Origin: Candidatus Hermodarchaeota archaeon
GTDB lineage: Archaea > Asgardarchaeota > Hermodarchaeia > Hermodarchaeales > Hermodarchaeaceae
Assembly (NCBI GenBank): GCA_016840065.1
Contig: JAEOTB010000105.1
Span: 1 to 16,461, forward strand
Direction of reading: 5' to 3'
DNA: 16,461 nt
The position numbers were made by a program, and so were the translations under genes. Below are positions 7,342 to 14,524 of this stretch, in pieces (the stretch's first letter is position 1; each line of letters starts with the position of its first letter). A model generated the notes under the pieces. The model was not told where the DNA came from, searched no databases, and saw only the letters and a list, made by a program, of their open reading frames with translations.

Positions 7342-8181
7342 ATGATTTCTCTAGGTTCAAACAGATTCCGATATGGAATAGTCTTACTAAGCTTCCTACT
7401 TCTTCTGATTACTCCAGCATTAATACCTCATCTAGCTCAGGTTTCAGTGCTAGAACAACAGAGGGAACTAGAGCGCAGCTCAGCAGACCCGAAAGTAAAC
7501 ACCCTTGATATTTTTGGAACCAAAGGCTATCAAGGATTGGATGATAACTACGAACCCAATAACGACAGAACAACTGCATATGACCTTACATCGCTTGAAC
7601 GTAATTGGTTGAATGTAATCGATGGCTATGGGTACCAACACGACGATGATTGGTATGAAATCGAGATTACTTCTGGTTACCAATCTCTCGACGTGGCTCT
7701 GATATTTACTCACTCAGCAGGCAACCTAGACATCGCAATTTATACCAGCGGAGGTTCACTAGTAACCTCTAGCAGCTCCCAAACCGACAACGAATACATC
7801 GACACCTACCTATCCGGTAGTGGTACCTACTACATCCGAGTCTATGGTTTCAACACTGGAAACAGTTACAATATGTGGTGGGACGACACACAGTATGGAA
7901 CGACCCCTCCAACTACTACAGCACCGCCAATTCCTCCTCATGCAACAGCTCAGACTACCTACATGTTAACTCTGATCGCAGTCATTGTTCTGATTGTAAT
8001 AGTTGTGGTGATAACAATTCCCGTTGTTGTGTATTATAAGAGGCGAGGCCGTCGTGTGGTGGAGCCTATTGAGGGCACGCGTCCTCATTCAGGGCAACCA
8101 GGGTTGTGTCCTCGGTGCAAGTCTCCCGTCAAGCCAGGTGCTGCCTACTGTAAGTTCTGTGGAGAATTGATGGGTGAGTAA
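7342..8181 (+). CDS. Single-pass surface protein: signal peptide, one PPC-type domain, Thr/Pro linker, TM helix, cytoplasmic zinc ribbon
   Basis: Hydrophobic N-terminus; DDNYEPNND...DDDWYEI...GNLDI...GTYYIRVY; TTPPTTTAPPIPP; TM followed by KRRGRR; CPRC...CKFCG. Confidence 0.88.
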   Translation: MISLGSNRFRYGIVLLSFLLLLITPALIPHLAQVSVLEQQRELERSSADPKVNTLDIFGTKGYQGLDDNYEPNNDRTTAYDLTSLERNWLNVIDGYGYQHDDDWYEIEITSGYQSLDVALIFTHSAGNLDIAIYTSGGSLVTSSSSQTDNEYIDTYLSGSGTYYIRVYGFNTGNSYNMWWDDTQYGTTPPTTTAPPIPPHATAQTTYMLTLIAVIVLIVIVVVITIPVVVYYKRRGRRVVEPIEGTRPHSGQPGLCPRCKSPVKPGAAYCKFCGELMGE

Positions 8182-8250
8182 CACTCTCCTCAGCGAAAGG
8201 TCCACGGCTTTCCTGCTATCCCAGTTATCAGACTAATCTACCATAAAGGC

Positions 8251-8273
8251 AAGATTAATACTATCTAGTGCTG
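8251..8273 (+). promoter_or_regulatory. TATA-like promoter, copy 2
   Basis: AAGATTAATACTATCTAGTGCTG, nearly identical to 7301-7322. Confidence 0.6.
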
Positions 8274-8283
8274 AATCAGAAAC

Positions 8284-9168
8284 GTGAGACCCATCATGCT
8301 GAAACACAGGAAAGTAAGAACTGGAGTCTTCCTATTAGCGGCGTGTATGCTTTTGTTAGTCCTACCCCTATTTTCGGGTTCAACCCAGCTACTTTCCCCA
8401 GATCAAGGAGCAACGGCTAGCTCTCAGACGAGGGATTTGAAACAGAGTTCCTCTGAACCGTTTGTGAAGGATTTTCAGACTGATGATGCCTACGAACCAA
8501 ACGATGACAGGACTTCTGCCTACGACCTATCCAATGATGAGCGTACCTGGCTGAGCACAATAGATGGCCATGGTATTCAATGGGATGATGATTGGTACCG
8601 GATCTATGTTAGCTCCGGGAATTCCCACTTGAACGTGGAGCTCACCTTCACACACTCACTTGGGGACATCGACATAAGGGTCACTGACAATGCTGGCTCC
8701 ACCGTTGCGTCAAGCACAGGTGTGTCGGACAACGAAGATATCAGCGTAGATGTTTCAACAGGTTACTACTATCTTCGAATCTACTATGATGACGCTGGTA
8801 ACGCTTATGATCTCTGGTGGGACGATTCGACTTCGGGTACAACACCCACAACAGGTTTCCCGGGACCATTCTTCTTTCTGATATTCTTTATAGTTGGAAT
8901 AGCAGCCTTTGTCATTATCATCGTCGTAGTTATTGTCTGTGTAGTGGTCATTGTGAGGAGGACCTCTTCTCCGAGAAGGCCTCCAATACGCAGACCTGTT
9001 CCAGCAAGACCTTCTACTCGCAGACGGACTACAACAGAATCTGCAAAGACTAGACCTAAGCCTAGCCCAGCAACACCTACTGGACCCACCATTAAATGTG
9101 CCAACTGTGGAAGCTTCATAGAACCCGCGGATAAATTCTGTGTTGGCTGCGGCCAGGAAGTCGATTAG
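8284..9168 (+). CDS. Single-pass surface protein paralogue 2: signal peptide, one PPC-type domain, TM helix, Arg/Pro-rich linker, zinc ribbon
   Basis: DDAYEPNDD...DDDWYRI...GDIDI...GYYYLRIY; long TM; CANC...CVGCG. Start is GTG 8284 or ATG 8296. Confidence 0.88.
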   Translation: MRPIMLKHRKVRTGVFLLAACMLLLVLPLFSGSTQLLSPDQGATASSQTRDLKQSSSEPFVKDFQTDDAYEPNDDRTSAYDLSNDERTWLSTIDGHGIQWDDDWYRIYVSSGNSHLNVELTFTHSLGDIDIRVTDNAGSTVASSTGVSDNEDISVDVSTGYYYLRIYYDDAGNAYDLWWDDSTSGTTPTTGFPGPFFFLIFFIVGIAAFVIIIVVVIVCVVVIVRRTSSPRRPPIRRPVPARPSTRRRTTTESAKTRPKPSPATPTGPTIKCANCGSFIEPADKFCVGCGQEVD

Positions 9169-9282
9169 CCCTATAGAGGATTGAGCACCCACATTCCGAA
9201 ATATTTACGAAATGTTAAAAGGGTGGAAATCCCCTTGTATGAATACTCTAATACAAGCTGTTAGAGATTTTGGGGTTGTAGA

Positions 9283-11376
9283 ATGCGTTTTCGATATGTG
9301 CTCTTAGGGATGTGTGGTTTACTCCTGCTGAGTCTGTTCCTAGCTCCTCAAACGAGTAGAGCTGGACTTTCCCTTACCACTCCATCCGCATATGATTTTA
9401 GTGATGATTTTGATTCCTTCAATGCGACCAATTGGGATGTGTACCTCTTTCGTTCACCAGACTTTGATTATGATTGTGGTACATACGTTGATGGTGAAAC
9501 CTGGGTCTACTGTTCGTACATGACCACTGGCACAAACAGTGAATACAACGGGTACCGCTTCGTCCACGAGCTAGCAGCACCGTATACAGATGAATTCCAG
9601 GTAGAAACGGAAGTTTGCTGGAGCGCAAGTAGTACTTCTTCAATTTACAAAGTAGGTATTCGGTTGTTGTCTCCAACTGATGACCCAACGGACAATGAAG
9701 CTTTCCGGATTCGAGTCGCATTCAATGACCCGTGGTCCGCCTCTGGAGGTAACAAGAAGGTCAACATCGAAGGAACAATCACCCAGACAAGCACTCTTCC
9801 CCTCAGCGGTCGAGGAGAAATCCGTATTGGACGAAATGCTACAAATGGTATTTTCGTTTACTGGGATGATGCGTTGATTGCGGAGGGCGAATCTTCTTCA
9901 ACCATATCGAAAATCGCTCTCGAAATTCACGGTCATGACGATTACACGGGGGGGTCCGGTGGTATCAATTATGTGTACTGCCAATCTAGCTTCACACCCT
10001 CTGAAGACAATTACGAACCCAACAATGACAGAACCTCAGCCTATGACCTTTCATTGCAGGAACAAACATGGTTGAGTACAATCAACGGATCTGGTGTCCA
10101 GTTTGATGATGACTATTACGAGATCGATGTCACCTCTGGTTTCGAGGACCTCCTTGTGGAACTTTCTTTCACCCATGCGTTTGGTGACCTCAACCTCGAG
10201 GTCTACGACGCCGTAGGCACCTTCGTGACAGGCAGCTACTCCGTCACCAACGACGAATACATTGACGTTTCCCTTCCCTCTAGTGGAACTTACTATTTGC
10301 GTATCTTTAATGCGGATAATGGGAACACCTACGACCTCTGGTGGGACGATGGACAGGACGATGACGCATACGAGGAGAACGACGCGAGAACATCAGCTTA
10401 TGACCTCTCCTATGATGAACAAACCTGGCTGAGCACGATTGGTGGGCTTGGAGCTCAGTGGGATGAGGATTGGTACGAACTCTACATGACACCTGGATAC
10501 ACGTTCCTCACCGTGGAGCTCACATTCGACGACACATATGGTGACCTCAACCTCGAGGTCTACGACGCCACTGGCACCTTCATAATAGGCAGCTACTCAA
10601 CAACAGATGACGAATACATCATCACTAATCTTCCAGATGATGGAACATTCTACTTACTCGTCTTTAACGCTAATAATGGCAACACCTACGACCTCTGGTG
10701 GGACGACACACGGTACGATGACGCATACGAGGAAAACGATTATTGGTCGACCGCTTACGACCTCTCGTCTTATGAAGATGAGTGGTTGAGTGACATAGAC
10801 GGCTTTGGTATTCAGTGGGATAGTGACTATTTCGAGATTTACGTTAGTTCGGGAGAATCTCGGTTACAAGTTTGGCTCGATTTCACCGATTCTGAGGGAG
10901 ACCTTGACCTACAGATTCTTGATAGCGATGGCGATAATGTCGCATCAAGTACATCAGTGTCCGATGATGAATACCTTGACATCACCGTTACGCCTGGAAT
11001 ATACTATCTCAGAGTCTACTACAGTAATACTGGTAATATTTACGATCTCCGTTGGCTTAGTTCAGTATCCGACACGACCACGACCACAACGACCACGACG
11101 TTTACCCCTTCTCCTATCCCCTTGCCACTCCTAATGTTTATATTGGCTTTAGGCGTCATTTCTATCCTAGTCGTAATCTTTGTTATCATCACCATTTTTC
11201 TGATGAGAAGGAAGACCTCAAGATCCTCGCGAATCAGTGTATCCGAAAGACCGTGGGCGCCAGCGTCAACCAGACCGTCTGACCAGCATGGCGCAGTTGC
11301 AATGTGCCCCAATTGTGGAACCACCATCGAGCCTTCAGATCAATATTGTTTGCGGTGTGGAAAGCTACTCCGCTAG
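9283..11376 (+). CDS. Single-pass surface protein paralogue 3: signal peptide, beta-rich N-terminal domain, three PPC-type domains, poly-Thr stalk, TM helix, zinc ribbon
   Basis: Three repeats of about 119 aa starting EDNYEPNND, DDAYEENDA and DDAYEENDY; nine consecutive Thr; TM followed by RRK; CPNC...CLRCG; NAT, NAT and NGS sequons in the ectodomain. Confidence 0.9.
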   Translation: MRFRYVLLGMCGLLLLSLFLAPQTSRAGLSLTTPSAYDFSDDFDSFNATNWDVYLFRSPDFDYDCGTYVDGETWVYCSYMTTGTNSEYNGYRFVHELAAPYTDEFQVETEVCWSASSTSSIYKVGIRLLSPTDDPTDNEAFRIRVAFNDPWSASGGNKKVNIEGTITQTSTLPLSGRGEIRIGRNATNGIFVYWDDALIAEGESSSTISKIALEIHGHDDYTGGSGGINYVYCQSSFTPSEDNYEPNNDRTSAYDLSLQEQTWLSTINGSGVQFDDDYYEIDVTSGFEDLLVELSFTHAFGDLNLEVYDAVGTFVTGSYSVTNDEYIDVSLPSSGTYYLRIFNADNGNTYDLWWDDGQDDDAYEENDARTSAYDLSYDEQTWLSTIGGLGAQWDEDWYELYMTPGYTFLTVELTFDDTYGDLNLEVYDATGTFIIGSYSTTDDEYIITNLPDDGTFYLLVFNANNGNTYDLWWDDTRYDDAYEENDYWSTAYDLSSYEDEWLSDIDGFGIQWDSDYFEIYVSSGESRLQVWLDFTDSEGDLDLQILDSDGDNVASSTSVSDDEYLDITVTPGIYYLRVYYSNTGNIYDLRWLSSVSDTTTTTTTTTFTPSPIPLPLLMFILALGVISILVVIFVIITIFLMRRKTSRSSRISVSERPWAPASTRPSDQHGAVAMCPNCGTTIEPSDQYCLRCGKLLR
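10003..11060 (+). repeat. Three tandem intragenic domain repeats with a 357-bp period
   Basis: Exact matches at offset 357: 10182-10212 = 10539-10569 (31 bp), 10324-10349 = 10681-10706 (26 bp), 10358-10376 = 10715-10733 (19 bp). Confidence 0.9.
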
Positions 11377-11453
11377 CAGGCATCAGCGTCTAGGAAGAGT
11401 AAGAAGTAATGTGTACCTAGGGTAGCCTTAGATGCATTCCCATACCCATTTGC

Positions 11454-11460
11454 TTTTAAG
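11454..11460 (+). promoter_or_regulatory. TATA-like element TTTTAAG upstream of tldD
   Basis: AT-rich box in the intergenic region. A similar TTTAAG occurs at 779-784 and upstream of the propeller gene. Confidence 0.4.
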
Positions 11461-11522
11461 GTTGAATTCCCTCAGTCTCGACACTCATTATTAACAATAC
11501 TACTCGGGTGAAGTGATTTCAT

Positions 11523-12917
11523 TTGATTGATAAGCTGCAAAAGGCGGCCGAGCATGGTCAGAGCCTAGGTGCCACTTATGTGGAGCTGCGGGCCGAGGAT
11601 CGGGCTCGGACAAATATCGAGTATGAAGACGGACGAGTCCGCAGCATCAGCCAGCGGCTAGAGGAGGGTGTAAGTATCCGCGCTCTAGCTGGCGGGGGCT
11701 GGGGCTTCGTTTCGTCAGCGAACCTCTCACTGAAGGCTTTGAAGGCATCAGTGAAGGCTGCTTACTCTCTTGCAAAGAGTGCAGGGAAAACACGACGTGA
11801 TCCTGTAGAGCTAGCCGAAGTTAAACCAGTAAAAGATAAGGTAAAGTTGAAGCTCGCCAGGAGTCCCGCAGATGTCGAACCACAGGAAAAAATCGCTTAT
11901 GCGGAGAAAGTATGGAAAGAAGCCCAACGCCTTGACAAGCGCATGTCCGCTATCACGGTGCGGCTACGCGATGGCGTGGGGAAGAGATACATAGTCACCA
12001 ATGAGGGCACAGAAATCGATATGGACATCGGGCACGTTCATCTCTGGAGCTGGCTTACAGGGAAGGACGACGGAAAGATGACCGGTGCCAGGGATGAATA
12101 TGGATCCACCAATAAGGGCTGGGAGTACTTCGAAGAGGAGATGCCACCCGAGCCCTACGCTGAGATACTGACAAAACGTGTTCAGCTACTGCTCAAAGGA
12201 GCGACTCCGAAAGCTGGTAGTTTCCCTTGCGTCTTTGGGGGAACAATTGTTGGGGTGCTTGCCCATGAAGCTCTCGGACACCTTGCGGAGGCAGATCTGA
12301 CCGTACAAAGTGCTTTCGCTGGAAAAACAGGGACGGAAGTCGCACCCAAGGGAACCTTCATGGTTGATGATGGAACGTACCCAGACGGTTTTGGTACCGC
12401 AAAATACGACGAGGAAGGCGTCCCCACTAGTAAGGTTGAAATCATCAAGGATGGTGTGCTACACCATCTTTTGACAAATCGGGAATACGCCCAGAAAACT
12501 GGTATGCCTGTTTCAGGAAACGCCAGAGCGGAGGACTACCGGTATGCCCCAATCATCAGAATGCGTAACACCTTCTTTGAGAAGGGCGATATGCCTGATG
12601 AAGAACTCTTTGAGGGCATCGACTTCGGATACCTCTGCATGAGCGTTGCTGGGGGCCAGGCTGGGATGAACGCCAGTTTTCAGTGTGGTGTGCAAGAAGC
12701 CTTCGAGATTGTGAACGGCGAGGTTGGACAGTCGGTTACAACTCTGTCTATCTCGGGTATCGCCACCGAGGCGCTTCTAAAAATCCAAGGCATCGGTAAA
12801 GACAAGTTCCACATGGGGCCTGGACGCTGCGGTAAGGGTCAAGAAGCCCTGACTGGAGACGGTGGACCCCTCATCCGCTTTGATAAGGGACCGATAACCT
12901 TTGGAGGCAAGGACTAA
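11523..12917 (+). CDS. tldD: TldD metalloprotease (catalytic subunit of the TldD/PmbA family)
   Basis: HEALGHLAEAD (HExxxH), YDEEG, SGNARA, PIIRMRNT and GRCGKGQ with the zinc-ligand Cys; TTG start. Confidence 0.95.
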   Translation: MIDKLQKAAEHGQSLGATYVELRAEDRARTNIEYEDGRVRSISQRLEEGVSIRALAGGGWGFVSSANLSLKALKASVKAAYSLAKSAGKTRRDPVELAEVKPVKDKVKLKLARSPADVEPQEKIAYAEKVWKEAQRLDKRMSAITVRLRDGVGKRYIVTNEGTEIDMDIGHVHLWSWLTGKDDGKMTGARDEYGSTNKGWEYFEEEMPPEPYAEILTKRVQLLLKGATPKAGSFPCVFGGTIVGVLAHEALGHLAEADLTVQSAFAGKTGTEVAPKGTFMVDDGTYPDGFGTAKYDEEGVPTSKVEIIKDGVLHHLLTNREYAQKTGMPVSGNARAEDYRYAPIIRMRNTFFEKGDMPDEELFEGIDFGYLCMSVAGGQAGMNASFQCGVQEAFEIVNGEVGQSVTTLSISGIATEALLKIQGIGKDKFHMGPGRCGKGQEALTGDGGPLIRFDKGPITFGGKD

Positions 12918-12926
12918 GGAGGTGCT

Positions 12927-14309
12927 GTGAAGATGAAAGATAAACGAGAAGAATTGTTAGCACTCGCAGAAAAGGCAGTAGCCTTTGGTTCAAAGCATGT
13001 AGACCAAATCGAAGTTTACATGCAAGACACCTTCAATACTGAAGCTGAACTTCAGATAGGACAGATTAACTCAGCGAACCGGTCCCAAGATGCTGGAGCC
13101 GCCATCCGCTGCCTTGTAGGCAAACGTTTAGGGTGTGCATTCACGAACAAACTGGATCAAGCAACAATCCAGAAGGCTGTCAAGCAAGCAATCGCTGCAG
13201 CCAAATCGAGCACAGAAGATGCGACTTTGAAAAGTTTCCCCACTAAGGCACAATATCCCAAGGTTAGTGGAACTTGGGATGAAGCGATTCTCGAAAAAGA
13301 TTCGAGCGTCTTTGTCGATTTACTGGCAGAGACCTCCCAAAAAGCTGCCACTCAGAGCGAGGGGGGTATTGTTGGCCAAGCAGGGGTAGGCTCAGTCTTT
13401 GGCTGGTCAGCCTATGCTAACTCTCTAGGAGTTGGCGCAGCCGATCGGACCACCGTAGCCTACATCTACATCGTTCTTTTGGCTCCCACCCCAACTGGGA
13501 TGACCCCTGGCATCTTAGAAGTCGATGTCAAACGAAGTTTTAACTTAGATTTAGACCGAGTCGTGAACGACGCCGTCAAGTATCTTCAGGTGGCAAAGAA
13601 CCCAGCTGAAGGAGAGACGGGACCCAAGACTGTGGTCTTTACGGGTAACGCTCTTGGAACTCTTCTCTTCTTTGCCCTTCTTCCCTCGGTTCGAGGTGAC
13701 GGCATTGTACGGGAGAAGTCAAGAATCGCAGACAAACTTGGTGACAAAATTGCTTCAGAGTCTCTCTCCTTCCTTGATGATGGACTTCGACCTGGAGCTT
13801 GGGCGACTTCCCTCTTTGATCATGAGGGCGTTCCCAGGCAATCAACACCCGTCATCGAGAAGGGTAAGCTGAAATCCTTCATCTGGGATACCTACTGGGC
13901 GAATCGTCATGGCGTAGAGAGTACCGGGAACGCCTCGCGGAACATGCGAACTGGAGTGATAAGTATCCAACCCTCCACTCTCGTCGTTCCACAGGGTAAA
14001 GGCTCCCTAGATGACCTAATCAGTGACATAGCTGATGGCTACCTCGTTAGTGGACTGCAAGGTGCCCACTCTAGCAACCAGGACACAGGCGACTTTAGCG
14101 TCGTGGCAAACCCATGCTTCCGCATAATCGACGGGGAACTCACTGGTTGCATCAATGGTCAAATGGTATCGGGTTCTGCTTTCGACCTCATCCAGAAAGT
14201 CGACAAGCTCGCTGGTGATAGCCGACAATTCCTCCTACCAGGAGGAACAGCCATCCACGGCCCTTCAATAAGCTTCAGCGATATCCAAGTAGTCGCAAAA
14301 GAGAGCTAG
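12927..14309 (+). CDS. pmbA: PmbA/TldE protein
   Basis: FDHEGVP, VIEKGKL, STGNASR, GAHSSNQDTGDFSV; no HExxxH motif; AAGGAGGTG RBS; directly follows tldD. Start is GTG 12927 or ATG 12933. Confidence 0.93.
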   Translation: MKMKDKREELLALAEKAVAFGSKHVDQIEVYMQDTFNTEAELQIGQINSANRSQDAGAAIRCLVGKRLGCAFTNKLDQATIQKAVKQAIAAAKSSTEDATLKSFPTKAQYPKVSGTWDEAILEKDSSVFVDLLAETSQKAATQSEGGIVGQAGVGSVFGWSAYANSLGVGAADRTTVAYIYIVLLAPTPTGMTPGILEVDVKRSFNLDLDRVVNDAVKYLQVAKNPAEGETGPKTVVFTGNALGTLLFFALLPSVRGDGIVREKSRIADKLGDKIASESLSFLDDGLRPGAWATSLFDHEGVPRQSTPVIEKGKLKSFIWDTYWANRHGVESTGNASRNMRTGVISIQPSTLVVPQGKGSLDDLISDIADGYLVSGLQGAHSSNQDTGDFSVVANPCFRIIDGELTGCINGQMVSGSAFDLIQKVDKLAGDSRQFLLPGGTAIHGPSISFSDIQVVAKES

Positions 14310-14325
14310 CACAACTACAACTCTA

Positions 14326-14368
14326 CTCCTCCTTGTGAGATTCACTTGGAGGAGATTTTCACTTTTTT
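14326..14368 (+). terminator. Hairpin plus T-tract after pmbA
   Basis: CTCCTCC-TT-GTGA-gat-TCAC-TT-GGAGGAG stem-loop followed by ATTTTCACTTTTTT. Confidence 0.55.
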
Positions 14369-14434
14369 CCAAACTTGCCACATGACTTGAGCTAAGATGT
14401 CTTGTGGATACAATTGGGTACCCGTTCTCCTACT

Positions 14435-14472
14435 TTGTCAGTCTAAAAGAATCTGACAACCGCTTTTTTAAG
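14435..14472 (+). promoter_or_regulatory. Inverted repeat TTGTCAG-N11-CTGACAA next to a TATA-like TTTTTTAAG
   Basis: Arms at 14435-14441 and 14453-14459; AT box at 14464-14472; GTG start at 14525. Confidence 0.45.
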
Positions 14473-14524
14473 CTATTTTTATGGTCTAGCAACGGTTTTG
14501 TAGTTTACCAGAGGAAAGATAACT

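Noticed and set aside
10003-11060. Near-identical repeats as a diversity-generating retroelement TR/VR pair
   Set aside because: Mismatches are not confined to adenines, all copies are in-frame domains of one protein, and no reverse transcriptase is present.
8755-11425. Antisense and alternate-frame ORFs overlapping the surface-protein genes
   Set aside because: Fully overlap well-supported CDSs and show no recognisable protein features.
11523-14309. tldD-pmbA as part of a RiPP (microcin-like) cluster
   Set aside because: No precursor peptide, YcaO or other modification enzyme in the window; the pair is common in archaea.
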